A stretch of DNA of 64,000 bases from NCBI GenBank assembly GCA_964441025.1, contig CAYTXG010000006.1, positions 32,829-96,828 on the forward strand, written 5' to 3'. The DNA is from an uncultured Syntrophomonadaceae bacterium (GTDB lineage Bacteria > Bacillota > Dethiobacteria > DTU022). The notes beneath the pieces were generated by a model. It did not search any database, had not been told where the DNA came from, and was given only the letters and a program-made list of their open reading frames with translations. The position numbers and the translations under genes are program-made. Each line of letters starts with the position of its first letter. Within the stretch, counting starts at the first letter, position 1. Below, in pieces: positions 26,753 through 39,294 of this stretch.

Positions 26753-28045
26753 CTATTCCTGGGCCCGCCGGGCTGCCGCCTCGCCAACACGGCGCCCCCA
26801 TACCAGCGCTTCCGTTAAAGCTGCTCCAGGCATAAGGGCGGCGCCGTTGAGACCGCCCGCCGTTTCCCCCACAGCATACAGGCCTTCCACCGGCTTGCCT
26901 CTGCGCAGCGCCCTTCCCGATTCATCAACAGCAATTCCACCCAGGCAGTAAACTGCGGCCGCTTTAACCCGGCATCCATAGAAAGTGCCGTAAGGTTGGC
27001 TGAACCAGCGGTGCAGCGACGGTACCTGAATCTGGTTTGACTCCATGAATGCGTCCAGGCCTGCATAGCGGGGCCAGTTCAATTCATATCCCGGGGACAG
27101 GGCCGTTTCAGAAACAAGGAGGCAACCCATGCCGCCGGTGCTGCCCAAAATTAGCTGAATGATCTCTTCTCCAGGCCGCCCTGCAAGCGGGAACAGCTGC
27201 TCATCAACAATGAGCACCGTCCCGGGAGGCGGCTCTACTTCCACCCAGTTCCTCCCCTCCTCCACAGCAAGGGTATAGGTAAACTGCCTTTCATCCACCA
27301 GATCTATTCCGGCGGCCCGGGCCGCCTTTATGCCCTTACTTTCCTGTCCGCTGCTCCGGAAAACTGCGCTTATCCCCGGATCAAGCTCCTCCATCCATTC
27401 CCGGTCATTTAGATAGCCGCCGTCAGCCAGGATGACTGCCGGAGCATAAGCGGTATGTTGAACACCCGTGAAGTCTAGAAATGTTAACCCGGCAGCACCA
27501 TCATCGCCGATGAGCAGCTCTTGGATGCAAGCGCCCTCAACAAGACGACCCCCCTCAGCCAGCACTGTTTTCATCAGAGCCCTCTGGGCTTGACTGAAAG
27601 AGATGTTTTCAGGTAAAACATTGAACGCTCCCTCCGGAACATAGCTCAAACCTGTTTCTCCAGCAAGCCAGGCCAGATCTTGGCCGGCACGGGCGGCTAA
27701 AAGTTGATAATGCCATGTTTGGCCCTGGTCCTTCCCGGAGGCGGCAAGAGCCTCTTCCAGCGAAGCTGCGCCCTCCTCCCCACCTGTCAGGGCTCCAGCG
27801 TTCCACATCCAGCGTTCATCCTGCGGCTCATCGTAGCAGAGAATCACTGCAGCACCATGGCGGGCCGCCTCAAGGGCAGCAGTCAGTCCTGCAATGCCGC
27901 CGCCTAAAACAATGACATCACCTGTAAATGGAAGAGATTCGATTTCGCGCCTGCCCAATTCAGGTCTGCAGCCGGAGGCGATCAGAATGAGCAAAGCTGC
28001 AAGAAGCAGCAAGCAATTACGCCTTATTGACAACTTTTTATCCAT
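26753..28045 (-). CDS. FAD-dependent oxidoreductase (fumarate reductase/succinate dehydrogenase flavoprotein-like), predicted lipoprotein
   Basis: It has a signal peptide plus lipobox ([15 protein letters not shown]), a dinucleotide-binding motif ([21 protein letters not shown]) and a C-terminal FAD_binding_2-like motif ([10 protein letters not shown]). Its start overlaps the gyrA stop by 8 nt. Confidence 0.7.
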   Translation of the reverse strand: MDKKLSIRRNCLLLLAALLILIASGCRPELGRREIESLPFTGDVIVLGGGIAGLTAALEAARHGAAVILCYDEPQDERWMWNAGALTGGEEGAASLEEALAASGKDQGQTWHYQLLAARAGQDLAWLAGETGLSYVPEGAFNVLPENISFSQAQRALMKTVLAEGGRLVEGACIQELLIGDDGAAGLTFLDFTGVQHTAYAPAVILADGGYLNDREWMEELDPGISAVFRSSGQESKGIKAARAAGIDLVDERQFTYTLAVEEGRNWVEVEPPPGTVLIVDEQLFPLAGRPGEEIIQLILGSTGGMGCLLVSETALSPGYELNWPRYAGLDAFMESNQIQVPSLHRWFSQPYGTFYGCRVKAAAVYCLGGIAVDESGRALRRGKPVEGLYAVGETAGGLNGAALMPGAALTEALVWGRRVGEAAARRAQE

Positions 28046-30470
28046 CCCTCTCCTCGGGAAGGCCGATTAAGTCGACAACCAGGTCGCCTTCTTCAAGGCG
28101 AATCAGGGTTACACCCCGCGCATAGCGGCTCAGCAGGGAAACCTGCGCTGTTTTCTGCCGGATCACCTGCCCCGCGGCAGTTATAATAATAAAGTCCTCT
28201 TCATCCTCGCTCATGACCATGAAACCCGTCAGGGGCCCGCTTTCTTTCGATATCCTCATACCGATTAGACCTTTGCCGCCGCGGCGCTGGAGGCGAAAAT
28301 CATCGGCGGCAACTCTTTTGCCAAAACCGGCTGCCGAGACCATGAGGGTAAACTGGCCTGCATTGATCAGATCTGCACCCACCACCCGATGCGGGTGCTG
28401 CAGCGCAATCGCTTTTACACCCCGGGCAACACGTCCCATGGAGCGAACATCGGTTTCTGAGAAACGAATAAAATATCCGCCGTCGGTCCCGACGATAATC
28501 TCCTCATCGCCGCCGGTGAGACAGACGGAGATCAACTCATCCTCATCTTCAAGGGTAAGGGCAATCAGGCCTGTTTTCCGGGCATGCCTGAAATCCTGCA
28601 GGGGCGTCTTTTTTACAAACCCGCGCGCCGTTACCGTAAGCAGGTTCCTCTCTTCGCTGAAACTGCTGATAGGCAATGTGGCGGTAATATATTCCTTTTT
28701 CTCCAGCGGCAGAAGATTTACCAGGGCTGTGCCCCTGGACTGGCGGCTGGATTCCGGAATCTCGTAAATATTTAGCCGGTAGACCTTTCCCCGGTTGCTG
28801 AAGAGGAGGATCTGATCGTGAGTCGAAGCAAAATAGCACTGCTCAACGAGGTCGTCCTTGCGGGTTTGCATTCCCACGATCCCCTTGCCGCCCCTTCTCT
28901 GGCTCCGGTAAGTTGCGGCCGGCAGTCTTTTAATATAACCGCGATCGGTTATAGTGATGACAACATCTTCTTCCAAAATCAGGTCGGTAAGTTCGAATTC
29001 ATCAACTCCAGCCACAATCTGGGTTCGCCGCTCATCGGCATGCTTATCCCTGATTACCTGCAGTTCGTCGCGAATTATGCCCAAGACCAGGCTTTCGTCA
29101 GCCAGCACACTCTGCAGGTATGCTATTCTTTTTAGCAGCTCACCGCGCTCCTCTTCCAGTTTGGACTGTTCAAGTTGGGTTAACCTTTGCAGCCGCAGAT
29201 CGAGAATGGCCTGGGCTTGCTTTTCGGTGATTCCCAGCAGATCCATCAATCCGCTGCGCGCCGCCGCTCCATCAGGCGACCGCCGGATCAGGGCAATGAC
29301 CTCATCAAGCCTGGAAAGGGCGGTGCGCAGGCCCTCAATAATATGGAGTCTCTCTTCTGCGCGCCCCAGGTCAAAGTGGGACCGGCGCACGATGACCTCT
29401 TTTTGGTGATCAAGGTAGAATGAAAGCATCTCTTTTAAATCCAGGATTTTAGGCTCTCCATTGACCAGGGCCAGCATGATTATACCGTACGTTTGCTGAA
29501 GAGGCGTGTATTGATAGAGCTGGTTTATGATCAACTGCGGCTCGTATTCGGGGCGTATTTCCAGGACAATCCGCACCCCCGAATGATCGGATTCATCCCT
29601 GAGCTCGGCAATCCCCTCAATCTTTTTTTCCTTGACCAGTTCGGCTATCCTCTCCACAAGCCTGGCCTTATTCTGCTGGTACGGCAGATCGCCGATTACC
29701 AGATGATCGCGTCCTTTATCCATTATTTCATGGTACACCCGCCCCCTCATGCGGATGATCCCCCTGCCGGTCCGGTAAGCCTTGTTGATTCCCTCATGCC
29801 CCACAATAATGCCCCCTGTGGGAAAATCGGGGCCTTTTATATAACGCTGCAGCCCTTGTACAGTTATTCCGGGCTCTTTGATGAGGCAAAACAGGGCGTC
29901 AATGAGTTCGCCAAGATTGTGAGGCGGTATATTTGTAGCCATACCCACGGCAATACCCGCGGATCCGTTGGCCAGAAGGTTTGGAAAGCGCGAGGGGAGG
30001 ACAACGGGTTCTTGAAGGCTTTCGTCAAAATTAGGTCTGAAATCAACGGTATCTTTATTCAGATCAGTCAAGAGTTCCATGGAGAGAGACGAAAGGCGGG
30101 CTTCTGTATAACGCATTGCCGCCGCCGCATCGCCATCGAGGGAGCCGAAGTTGCCGTGCCCGTCTACCAGGGGATAGCGAGTTGAAAAGTCCTGTGCCAG
30201 GCGGACGGCGGCATCGTAGAGAGCAACATCCCCGTGGGGATGAAATTTACCCAGCACCTCACCGACAATCCTTGCAGATTTGCGATGGGGTTTTTCCGGA
30301 GTAGAGCCCATCTCCGACATGGCATAAAGGATTCGCCGGTGTACAGGCTTGAGCCCATCCCGAACATCGGGAAGAGCGCGGCTGACGATCACGCTCATGG
30401 CATAATCCAGGAATGACTTTTTAACTTCTTCGTGAACGCTGACGGGGATGATGCGTTTTTTTTCGGCCAA
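28038..30470 (-). CDS. gyrA: DNA gyrase subunit A
   Basis: 810 aa. It has [31 protein letters not shown] with the active-site Tyr region, and the C-terminal beta-pinwheel repeats. Confidence 0.97.
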   Translation of the reverse strand: MAEKKRIIPVSVHEEVKKSFLDYAMSVIVSRALPDVRDGLKPVHRRILYAMSEMGSTPEKPHRKSARIVGEVLGKFHPHGDVALYDAAVRLAQDFSTRYPLVDGHGNFGSLDGDAAAAMRYTEARLSSLSMELLTDLNKDTVDFRPNFDESLQEPVVLPSRFPNLLANGSAGIAVGMATNIPPHNLGELIDALFCLIKEPGITVQGLQRYIKGPDFPTGGIIVGHEGINKAYRTGRGIIRMRGRVYHEIMDKGRDHLVIGDLPYQQNKARLVERIAELVKEKKIEGIAELRDESDHSGVRIVLEIRPEYEPQLIINQLYQYTPLQQTYGIIMLALVNGEPKILDLKEMLSFYLDHQKEVIVRRSHFDLGRAEERLHIIEGLRTALSRLDEVIALIRRSPDGAAARSGLMDLLGITEKQAQAILDLRLQRLTQLEQSKLEEERGELLKRIAYLQSVLADESLVLGIIRDELQVIRDKHADERRTQIVAGVDEFELTDLILEEDVVITITDRGYIKRLPAATYRSQRRGGKGIVGMQTRKDDLVEQCYFASTHDQILLFSNRGKVYRLNIYEIPESSRQSRGTALVNLLPLEKKEYITATLPISSFSEERNLLTVTARGFVKKTPLQDFRHARKTGLIALTLEDEDELISVCLTGGDEEIIVGTDGGYFIRFSETDVRSMGRVARGVKAIALQHPHRVVGADLINAGQFTLMVSAAGFGKRVAADDFRLQRRGGKGLIGMRISKESGPLTGFMVMSEDEEDFIIITAAGQVIRQKTAQVSLLSRYARGVTLIRLEEGDLVVDLIGLPEERDG

Positions 30471-30489
30471 TTAGCTCCCTCTTTTCCAT

Positions 30490-31035
30490 CTATCGCCTTG
30501 CGGATTTGCTTCTCTTTTTCTTTTTCTCAGCCTTGTTAATTTTTTGCCTTAACAGGCGATCCAGTTCCTGTTTCTGCTCTGCTGCCACCGCCCAGGTTTC
30601 ACTAACTTTTCTTTTAGAGTTCCCTATCTGAAACTCCAACAAAGAGCCGTTCCAGCGGTATGTTTTGATCCGGTCCCAGGTCCAGAACCATCGTGAAGAA
30701 GAGATCCCTTTTTCACGAAGCGCCGGACGTTCAAACTGCCTTGCCAAAAAAACAGCTATCAGAAGAATGTAAAAAACTATCCTGCTGCCGTAGACCAGAC
30801 GTCCCGTTGGATCTGAAAAATCGTTGAATTTTTTCAGGTCGAACCACACAAAAAGAGCACATAGCGCGCATACAAGTAAAACTGAGAGAAAAAGGTCCAG
30901 GTTAGCCCTGTTGCATAAAATATATTTTACCCTGAACGTAACCGGTCCTGTCTTGTGACTGCGGTAGATCAGGTATCCGGCAGTCAAAAGAGCCAGCAGT
31001 ACATACGGAAGGACCATGTAGGGCATATTATACAC
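30490..31035 (-). CDS. Membrane protein (3 TM helices) with a C-terminal bacterial PH-like domain, inserted between gyrB and gyrA
   Basis: 181 aa. The TM helices are VLPYVLLALLTAGYLIY, LFLSVLLVCALCALFVWF and IVFYILLIAVFLA, followed by WFWTWDRIKTYRWNGSLLEFQIG and a Lys-rich tail. Confidence 0.6.
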   Translation of the reverse strand: MYNMPYMVLPYVLLALLTAGYLIYRSHKTGPVTFRVKYILCNRANLDLFLSVLLVCALCALFVWFDLKKFNDFSDPTGRLVYGSRIVFYILLIAVFLARQFERPALREKGISSSRWFWTWDRIKTYRWNGSLLEFQIGNSKRKVSETWAVAAEQKQELDRLLRQKINKAEKKKKRSKSARR

Positions 31036-31121
31036 CTCGCAGGAATTTTTAGAATCCGAAGCTGCCGGGTTGTAAGCAAAATGCTTTCCTTGCCGCCGGC
31101 AGGCCTTAACAACAGGATTAT

Positions 31122-33068
<1,947 letters not shown>

Positions 33069-33101
33069 TTAATTATATCATCAATCTCCCGGCGATTAAA
33101 C

Positions 33102-33353
33102 TTAACTTTCCCGCTTACCCGGTGCTTCATTTCTTCGGGCCAGCGTTGCCGGAACAACAGATGAGAAAAAAAGACCATCCTCTGTAACAATGAAAGATTT
33201 GCATTCCTCCAGCTTGCTGCTGAGGTAAAAGTTTCCTTTACTGGATGACTCCAAAAACTGCTTATTAATCGGGTTGTCCTTCAAATTCATATGGAAAATA
33301 CCGATAAGATCTTTTTTATATACAATGCGTGAATATCCGATGTGTAAAAACAT
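33102..33353 (-). CDS. DUF370 protein (RemA/RemB extracellular-matrix regulator family, YaaB-like)
   Basis: 83 aa. MFLHIGYSRIVYKKDLIGIF...SKGNFYLSSKLEECKSFIVTEDGLFFSSVVPATLARR matches the DUF370 pattern. It sits between recF and gyrB, like B. subtilis yaaB. Confidence 0.65.
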   Translation of the reverse strand: MFLHIGYSRIVYKKDLIGIFHMNLKDNPINKQFLESSSKGNFYLSSKLEECKSFIVTEDGLFFSSVVPATLARRNEAPGKRES

Positions 33354-33424
33354 CTCATACCCCCTGCAATTTGCGATTGACTGCGTATTTTAATAATCAA
33401 GGCAGACTCACTGCAAGTATACCT

Positions 33425-33721
33425 CTATTTTTTTGAATCAAGCCCAATCTGGAAATATATATCTTTAATCATCTTTTCTCCGGCATGTTTGTTTAATTTT
33501 TCAATTAATTGCGGTTTCAGCAGTGTGAGGTGGTAGACCCAGGTAGAGTTGCTCACCATAACCCTGAGCACCTGCCTTTGCAGGCTGCAGGCGCTTGTTA
33601 CGGCGGCTATCTCCTTGCCGACAAGTTGATCCCACTCATCTATTATAAGGCACTGTTTGTATTGCCGCCACATCTTTCTTTTGCGCAGCACCTGCTCAAT
33701 AATCTGTCCCAGCTCTTTCAA
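33425..33721 (-). CDS. DUF721 protein (DciA-like)
   Basis: 98 aa. LGQIIEQVL...W.QLVGKEIAAVTSACSLQRQVLRVMVSNSTWVYHLTLLKPQLIEKLNKHAGEKMIKDIYFQIG matches the DUF721 signature (W-EIVG-IA-HT-P--L--G-L-V-V-SS-W--EL--LK--I--KLN...I-DIRF). It overlaps the recF stop. Confidence 0.7.
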   Translation of the reverse strand: MKELGQIIEQVLRKRKMWRQYKQCLIIDEWDQLVGKEIAAVTSACSLQRQVLRVMVSNSTWVYHLTLLKPQLIEKLNKHAGEKMIKDIYFQIGLDSKK

Positions 33722-34829
33722 TCCTAACCTCCCCCCCGGAAAGTGTAAAAAAATGCGACCCTGACTTATATTCCTTTTCCAAATCAGGCAGTGGAACGGC
33801 AGTGGTAATAAAAGATTGATCCTCTCTGGCTTTGATAAATGTTAATAGCCGGCTGCGCCTCTCTTCATCAAGCTCGGAAAAGACGTCATCAAGCAGCAGA
33901 ATAGATTTTTCATCGCAGGTGCTGTTGAATAGATCCACTTCTCCCATTTTCAAAGCAAGCACAGCTGTTCGCTGCTGCCCCTGGGAGCCGAATTTGCGTA
34001 TATCTGAACCGTTGATCATAACAGTAAAATCATCGATGTGCGGTCCAATGGCAGTAGATCCCCTGCGCAGCTCTGAGAAACGGGCACTCTGCAGCTGTTC
34101 CCGGTATAAGCTGACCATCAACACCGGATCTTCGACTAAATTAACCGTTGATCTGTAAAGGAGAGAAATATTTTCACCTTCTGAAGTTAAAGAGGTAAAG
34201 TGTACGCGGGACGCTGATTCCAGCTCTTCTACAAATTTCATTCTCTCCCTGATAATCCAGGCGCCTGTTTCCGCAAGCGCCTGTTCCCATGGCTTCATAA
34301 TAGCATAATCTATTAAACGACTTCCCCTTTTCTCTTTCAAAATACGGTTACGCTGGCGTAATGCGCGATAGTAATGACGCAGTTTGCTGTAATAGAGCGG
34401 CTTCAGACGGGAACACTCCATATCAAGGAAACGGCGGCGCACAGAGGGACCCTCTTTAACCAGAAACAGATCATCCGGGGCAAATATGACCATGGGGTGA
34501 CGGTAAATATAATCGCTTCTGGTAAAGGGTTTCCCATTTATTTTAATCTGGAGACGATGCGGCTGCTGGTAAGCTGTCTCGGCTGTACAGCGTCCTTCAC
34601 CTGTAACAAAAGCTCCCTTGAGGTAAAAATAATCGCTGCCGAAGCGTGAAATTTCCATATCCTGGCTGGTGCGAAAAGAGCGAGAAACAGAGATATAGTA
34701 GAGCGCCTCCAGGAGATTGGTCTTACCCTGCCCATTGTTTCCAAAAAATATATTTACCCCAGGATGAAACAGCAGATCCTGGCGGCGGTAATTCCGGAAG
34801 TTGATCAGGTTAAGCGACTCTAGATACAC
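33696..34829 (-). CDS. recF: DNA replication and repair protein RecF
   Basis: It has Walker A (NIFFGNNGQGKTNLLEAL), an ABC signature and Walker B (ILLLDDVFSELD). Confidence 0.95.
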   Translation of the reverse strand: MYLESLNLINFRNYRRQDLLFHPGVNIFFGNNGQGKTNLLEALYYISVSRSFRTSQDMEISRFGSDYFYLKGAFVTGEGRCTAETAYQQPHRLQIKINGKPFTRSDYIYRHPMVIFAPDDLFLVKEGPSVRRRFLDMECSRLKPLYYSKLRHYYRALRQRNRILKEKRGSRLIDYAIMKPWEQALAETGAWIIRERMKFVEELESASRVHFTSLTSEGENISLLYRSTVNLVEDPVLMVSLYREQLQSARFSELRRGSTAIGPHIDDFTVMINGSDIRKFGSQGQQRTAVLALKMGEVDLFNSTCDEKSILLLDDVFSELDEERRSRLLTFIKAREDQSFITTAVPLPDLEKEYKSGSHFFTLSGGEVRIERAGTDY

Positions 34830-34847
34830 GTTCCTAACACCCGATCA

Positions 34848-35951
34848 TCAGTAGTCCATTTTAATTGGCAGCACAAGATAAAGATAACTTTCATCCCCGG
34901 GCAGGCGAAATATTACCGGTCCCGTTTTCCCGTGAAAATCAATAGTTATCTCTTCTGTGGAAACAGCCCTTAAAAAATCCATAATAAAACGAGAATTAAT
35001 ATGAAGTTCAACCTCTTCACCCTGGCAATCAACAGAAAGCTCTTCCTCCATCCGGCCGATCTGGGATGAAACTCGTACCACCATAGAGCCGCTGCCCACA
35101 GATAGCTGAATCGCGCTGTTAGGTCCTTCCGCCAGTAGTGCAGCACGGGCAACAGTCTCCGCCATGGAACTGCGATTCGTTTTTACCCTTGTTAAATAGC
35201 GCTCGGGGATAACTGAACTTATATCGGGATATTTTTCATTGAGCAGCCTGGCGGCAAAATACACAGTTCCAAAATTGAAAATGAGCTGCTCACCGCCGGA
35301 AAAAAATTCTATCTCCTTTTCGCTTTGCTCAATAATTTTCAGCAGTTCACGCAGAGCTTTAGCCGGGACAAGACATCTCCTGTTTGGAAAGTTCCATTTG
35401 CCGTCTGATATATCTTTCACCGCGAGGCGATAGGTATCGGAACTCATCAAAGTGAGACGAGTGCAGTCAAACTCGAAAAGAACACCATTAAAGGCCGGCC
35501 TGGTTTCCTCAGCGGATGCCGCAAAGATAACCATTTTCAAAGTTTTCTTTAATTCCTGCGGATCTATGGAGATTGAAGTATTGTTTTCCGGGACGATTTT
35601 TTCCAAAGGAGGAAAATCCGCAGGATCAGCGCCGGCCAGGGTAAATTTTGACGGTCCGCAGCTGAGGTTGACCTGTAAATTTTCAATGTCAATTTCAAAA
35701 TCTACCTCGGATTCAGGCAGGTAACGAACAATTTCAGCAATTTTAGACGGCAACAGTATTTTTCCCGAGGCCTCCCCCTTGTATGGCAGAGCCACCTTGA
35801 TAAAAAGTTCAAGGTTTGTTGCAGCCAGGGTAATTTTCTCAGGATCTGTTTCACAAAAGATGTTATCCAGATACTGAATGGGTGATTGCCTTGAAAGGGC
35901 TTTTTCAACAATATCCAGGTATTGGCCAAAAGCTTCTTTTGAAAGGATCAT
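34848..35951 (-). CDS. dnaN: DNA polymerase III beta sliding clamp
   Basis: Three-domain beta-clamp sequence starting at MILSKEAFGQYLDIVEKALSRQSPIQYLDNIF. The track ORF extends 5' to 36155 through the dnaA-dnaN origin region. I chose the ATG at 35951. Confidence 0.92.
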   Translation of the reverse strand: MILSKEAFGQYLDIVEKALSRQSPIQYLDNIFCETDPEKITLAATNLELFIKVALPYKGEASGKILLPSKIAEIVRYLPESEVDFEIDIENLQVNLSCGPSKFTLAGADPADFPPLEKIVPENNTSISIDPQELKKTLKMVIFAASAEETRPAFNGVLFEFDCTRLTLMSSDTYRLAVKDISDGKWNFPNRRCLVPAKALRELLKIIEQSEKEIEFFSGGEQLIFNFGTVYFAARLLNEKYPDISSVIPERYLTRVKTNRSSMAETVARAALLAEGPNSAIQLSVGSGSMVVRVSSQIGRMEEELSVDCQGEEVELHINSRFIMDFLRAVSTEEITIDFHGKTGPVIFRLPGDESYLYLVLPIKMDY

Positions 35952-36173
35952 GGACAATATAATCACCTGCTCCCCATATTTTTTTCTTGTTTTAATAAGA
36001 AGAATATATATATATATAATAATAGTCTTCACAGAGCCTGTGAATTTTGTTGAAAAGCTAAAAATCATCAGGTGACGCTGCGATACTTTATCCAAAACTG
36101 CTGTGGAGAATGCAAGTGAAAGGTGTTGATAAAGATCGGCGTTTATGATCGGCACAACTTGTCCACAGCTTAA
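35952..36173. promoter_or_regulatory. oriC downstream module in the dnaA-dnaN intergenic region (AT-rich DNA unwinding element plus DnaA boxes)
   Basis: There is a pure AT run, ATATATATATATATAATAATA, at about 36004-36024. DnaA-box-like 9-mers within 1 mismatch of TTATCCACA/TGTGGATAA are TTATCCAAA (about 36090), TGTGGAGAA (about 36103) and TTGTCCACA (about 36159). Confidence 0.75.
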
Positions 36174-37583
36174 TCAGATGTTATTGACAAGCTCATTTTT
36201 AAGCAGGTCCAACTTGATTTTTTCTTCGTCGTCATCAGCGGTGAGCTTATTGATCTTCCTGATGGCATGTAAAACTGTGGTATGATCCCGCCCTCCAAAT
36301 TCCTCGCCAATCTTTGGCAGTGAAAGATCCGTCAGTTCGCGGGTCAGGTACATGGCTATTTGACGGGCAAATGCTATATTGCGAGTTCTTCTTTTGCTGC
36401 GCAGTTCCCCCGGGGTCAGATAAAATTGTTCAGCCACAAAGGTGATTATTTTATCCACAGGGATCTCTTTTTTTGCAGTAAAAAGTATATTTTTCAGGGC
36501 TTCATCAGTCAGGTCAAGGGTGATTTTTGAATTTGACAGCGAAGCATAGGCTACAATCCTGATCAAGGCTCCCTCAAGCTCGCGGATATTATTTTCAACT
36601 TTCGAGGCGATATGGTGCAGCACATCATCAGAAATATCAAATTCTTCCAGCAGAGATTTTTTCTTTAGAATTGCTATTCTCGTTTCCAGATCAGGGGGCT
36701 GAATATCGGTAATCAGACCCCATTCAAAACGGGAACGAAGGCGATCCTCCAGGGTGGGAATTTCTTTTGGAGGCCTGTCGCTGGAAACAACGATCTGGCG
36801 GTTTAGGTTGTGGAGAGTGTTAAAGGTATGGAAAAACTCTTCCTGCGTTTGTTCCTTTCTGGCTAAAAATTGGATATCGTCAATTAAAAGTACATCTATA
36901 TTGCGGTAATGATTTCTAAATTCGACGGTTTTATTATCCCGAATGGCATTAATAAAGTCATTGGTGAATTTTTCTGAGGAACAGTAAAGGATGTTTTTTA
37001 AATTGTGATGATTGGCTATGTACTGGCCGATGGCATGCAACAGATGGGTTTTACCCAGGCCTACACCGCCATATATAAAAAAAGGGTTGTAAGCCTTAGC
37101 GGGGCTCTCAGCAACGGCAAGGGATGCGGCATGGGAAAGGCGGTTGCAGGGGCCGACCACAAAACTGGCGAATGTGTAGCGCGGGTTGAATAAAGATTCC
37201 TTGCCGGCGTAAGTATTTATATTTCCGCCCATGGCTGCAGGCACTTCAAAAGGGTAATCGCCATCTCCGTCGAAATCCATGAAATCGGCAACAACAACAA
37301 AATCAACTTCATAATTACCGGAGGTAATGCTGTTCAATTTTTTGATAATAGCTTTTTTATAGCGGTCCTGAATCCATTCCCTGGCAAAATCGTTGGGTAC
37401 TGCTATTACCAGGCGCTGTTCTTTCAAAGAAAGAGGACGGGTAGAAGCAAACCATGTTTCAAAGCTGGGTTTGCTAAGCTCCCGGCTGATATCGGTTAGA
37501 ATCAAAGACCAGAGAGTTGAAAGGTCGCCCGACAAAAAATAACCTCCCTGCTGATCATGAGAAAAAGCGCCGAGGTTATACAC
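36174..37583 (-). CDS. dnaA: Chromosomal replication initiator protein DnaA
   Basis: 469 aa. Domain I is ...[25 protein letters not shown]+ Walker A is [15 protein letters not shown], Walker B is VLLIDDIQF, and sensor and domain IV are ...HTTVLHA. The exact start is uncertain. Confidence 0.95.
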   Translation of the reverse strand: MYNLGAFSHDQQGGYFLSGDLSTLWSLILTDISRELSKPSFETWFASTRPLSLKEQRLVIAVPNDFAREWIQDRYKKAIIKKLNSITSGNYEVDFVVVADFMDFDGDGDYPFEVPAAMGGNINTYAGKESLFNPRYTFASFVVGPCNRLSHAASLAVAESPAKAYNPFFIYGGVGLGKTHLLHAIGQYIANHHNLKNILYCSSEKFTNDFINAIRDNKTVEFRNHYRNIDVLLIDDIQFLARKEQTQEEFFHTFNTLHNLNRQIVVSSDRPPKEIPTLEDRLRSRFEWGLITDIQPPDLETRIAILKKKSLLEEFDISDDVLHHIASKVENNIRELEGALIRIVAYASLSNSKITLDLTDEALKNILFTAKKEIPVDKIITFVAEQFYLTPGELRSKRRTRNIAFARQIAMYLTRELTDLSLPKIGEEFGGRDHTTVLHAIRKINKLTADDDEEKIKLDLLKNELVNNI

Positions 37584-37808
37584 AAAGAGAGTATATTATC
37601 AACATTGTTCTGTGGATAATCGGCTCGACCGCATGCTTGCACAGGCAACGGCAAATAATATTTTATCAGATCAAATTATCCGCTGCAACGGCTTAAAAAA
37701 GCCGCGAAGGTTATTTAACATCAAATAATGCCGTTTATCTTGACATTATTAAATTTTTTAAGGTATACTTTTCCTACATTATGAACAGAAAATCGTGAAA
37801 GGAAAGGT
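37584..37808. promoter_or_regulatory. oriC upstream module in the rpmH-dnaA intergenic region (DnaA-box cluster and dnaA promoter)
   Basis: There is a perfect DnaA box, TGTGGATAA, at 37611-37619. Additional near-consensus boxes are TTATCAACA, TTATCCGCT, TTATCAGAT and TTTATCTTG, and the flanks are AT-rich. Confidence 0.75.
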
Positions 37809-37809
37809 T

Positions 37810-37944
37810 ATGAAAAGGACATACCAGCCAAAGCGCAGAAAAAGGAAAAGGATGCATGGCTTTTTAAAAAGGATGAGCACAACTGCAGGAAGGGCTGTAA
37901 TCAGAAGAAGAAGGCAGCGCCGGCGTAAAAATATCAGCGCCTGA
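37810..37944 (+). CDS. rpmH: 50S ribosomal protein L34
   Basis: [44 protein letters not shown] is 44 aa, below the ORF-track cutoff. It has the canonical L34 sequence and position. Confidence 0.93.
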   Translation: MKRTYQPKRRKRKRMHGFLKRMSTTAGRAVIRRRRQRRRKNISA

Positions 37945-37957
37945 TTTTTAGACGAGA

Positions 37958-38287
37958 ATGGAACGTTTAAAAAAAAATTGGGAATATAAAAGAGTTTACA
38001 GACGCGGCCGGGCCCTTTTCTCTAGAAAAATTGTTCTATATGCATATCCAAACAAAACCTGTGACAGCCGAATTGGATTTTCCATAAGTAAAAAAGTAGG
38101 GAAAAGTGTTCAACGGAACCGGATCAAAAGGGTTTTTAGTGAAGCATTCCGGAAGAATTATAACCGGATAAAAGAAGGATACGACTTTATTATTGTGGCC
38201 AGGAAAGAAGCAGTTGACCTGTCCTATCACCAGGCCTGCGAGGAGCTGCTTTATTTATGTCAAAAGGGAAAACTGCTGCGATTGTAA
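37958..38287 (+). CDS. rnpA: RNase P protein component
   Basis: 109 aa. [14 protein letters not shown]...[28 protein letters not shown] matches the RnpA signature. Confidence 0.92.
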   Translation: MERLKKNWEYKRVYRRGRALFSRKIVLYAYPNKTCDSRIGFSISKKVGKSVQRNRIKRVFSEAFRKNYNRIKEGYDFIIVARKEAVDLSYHQACEELLYLCQKGKLLRL

Positions 38288-38310
38288 GCCGGCAGGGAGC
38301 GTGGGTCACC

Positions 38311-38511
38311 ATGTGCCTGGCGATGATCAAGTTTTACCAAAATTTCATTTCACCTTTACAGCCTGCCGCATGCAGATTTTACCCAACATGTTCACAATAC
38401 TATTATGAAGCAGTGTTGAAATATGGTGTCGTCAGGGGCAGTTTTCTTGGAATAAGAAGGCTTTTTAGATGTCACCCCTTTCATCCGGGGGGCTATGATC
38501 CGGTAAACTGA
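38311..38511 (+). CDS. yidD: Membrane protein insertion efficiency factor YidD
   Basis: [64 protein letters not shown] matches the YidD signature (FYQ-ISP-CRF-PTCS-Y). The track start 38257 would overlap rnpA by 31 nt. Confidence 0.8.
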   Translation: MCLAMIKFYQNFISPLQPAACRFYPTCSQYYYEAVLKYGVVRGSFLGIRRLFRCHPFHPGGYDPVN

Positions 38512-38544
38512 GGTAGGGTAAAGAGATGTGGGAGGAAATAGTAA

Positions 38545-39294
38545 ATGACAGAAGCGATTGCCCAATTTTTTAGCAAGATTTTGACATTTATCTATACAGT
38601 GGTACCAAATTTTGGTGTATCAATAATTTTACTGACATTGCTGATAAAGCTGGTTACCTTTCCTTTGAATCAGAAGCAGCTTCAGTCAAGTAAAAAAATG
38701 CAGGAACTGAACCCCGAGATTAAAAAAATCCAGCAGAAATACAAAGATGACAAAGTAAAACAGAATCAGGCGATGACGGAGTTTATGCAAAAAAACAAGA
38801 TCAATCCCATGGCCGGATGCCTGCCCATGCTGGTACAGCTGCCTATTCTCTATGGAATATTTCGCTTGCTCAGGGAAACAGGAACTTTCCTGGGGGGATC
38901 GATTAACACTTTTTTAATACCGTCTTTCAACTTTATCGATCTGGCGGTATCACCAAGCGCTTTTAAGGGGGATCTGACTCAGCAAATAATTTATTATATC
39001 TTCCCCGTGCTTTCCGGGGTGAGCACCTATATCTATCAAAAGTTAACCATGACCGATACCAGTCAAAAAATGCTGCTCTACATGATGCCGGCAATGTTTA
39101 TTTTTTTCAGTTTTTCTTTTCCTGCGGGATTGATTATCTACTGGATTACAAACAATGTTTTGACCATGGGGCAGCATTTTCTAATTATAAATATGGATAA
39201 GAAGAAGGATGAAAAAACTGATCCGGTACAGGTTCAGGATAAAGGGAAAGGAAAATCAAAAAAAGGTAAAAAAGGAGAGAAGGGGGAGAGATGA
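38545..39294 (+). CDS. yidC: Membrane protein insertase YidC/OxaA (short Gram-positive type)
   Basis: 249 aa. ...GVSIILLTLLIKLVTFPL...NPMAGCLPMLVQLPILYG..., with a Lys-rich C-terminal tail. Confidence 0.92.
   Translation: MTEAIAQFFSKILTFIYTVVPNFGVSIILLTLLIKLVTFPLNQKQLQSSKKMQELNPEIKKIQQKYKDDKVKQNQAMTEFMQKNKINPMAGCLPMLVQLPILYGIFRLLRETGTFLGGSINTFLIPSFNFIDLAVSPSAFKGDLTQQIIYYIFPVLSGVSTYIYQKLTMTDTSQKMLLYMMPAMFIFFSFSFPAGLIIYWITNNVLTMGQHFLIINMDKKKDEKTDPVQVQDKGKGKSKKGKKGEKGER

Noticed and set aside
29493-30185. 230-aa plus-strand ORF (plus 28213-28767 and 28954-29409)
   Set aside because: It is antisense within gyrA.
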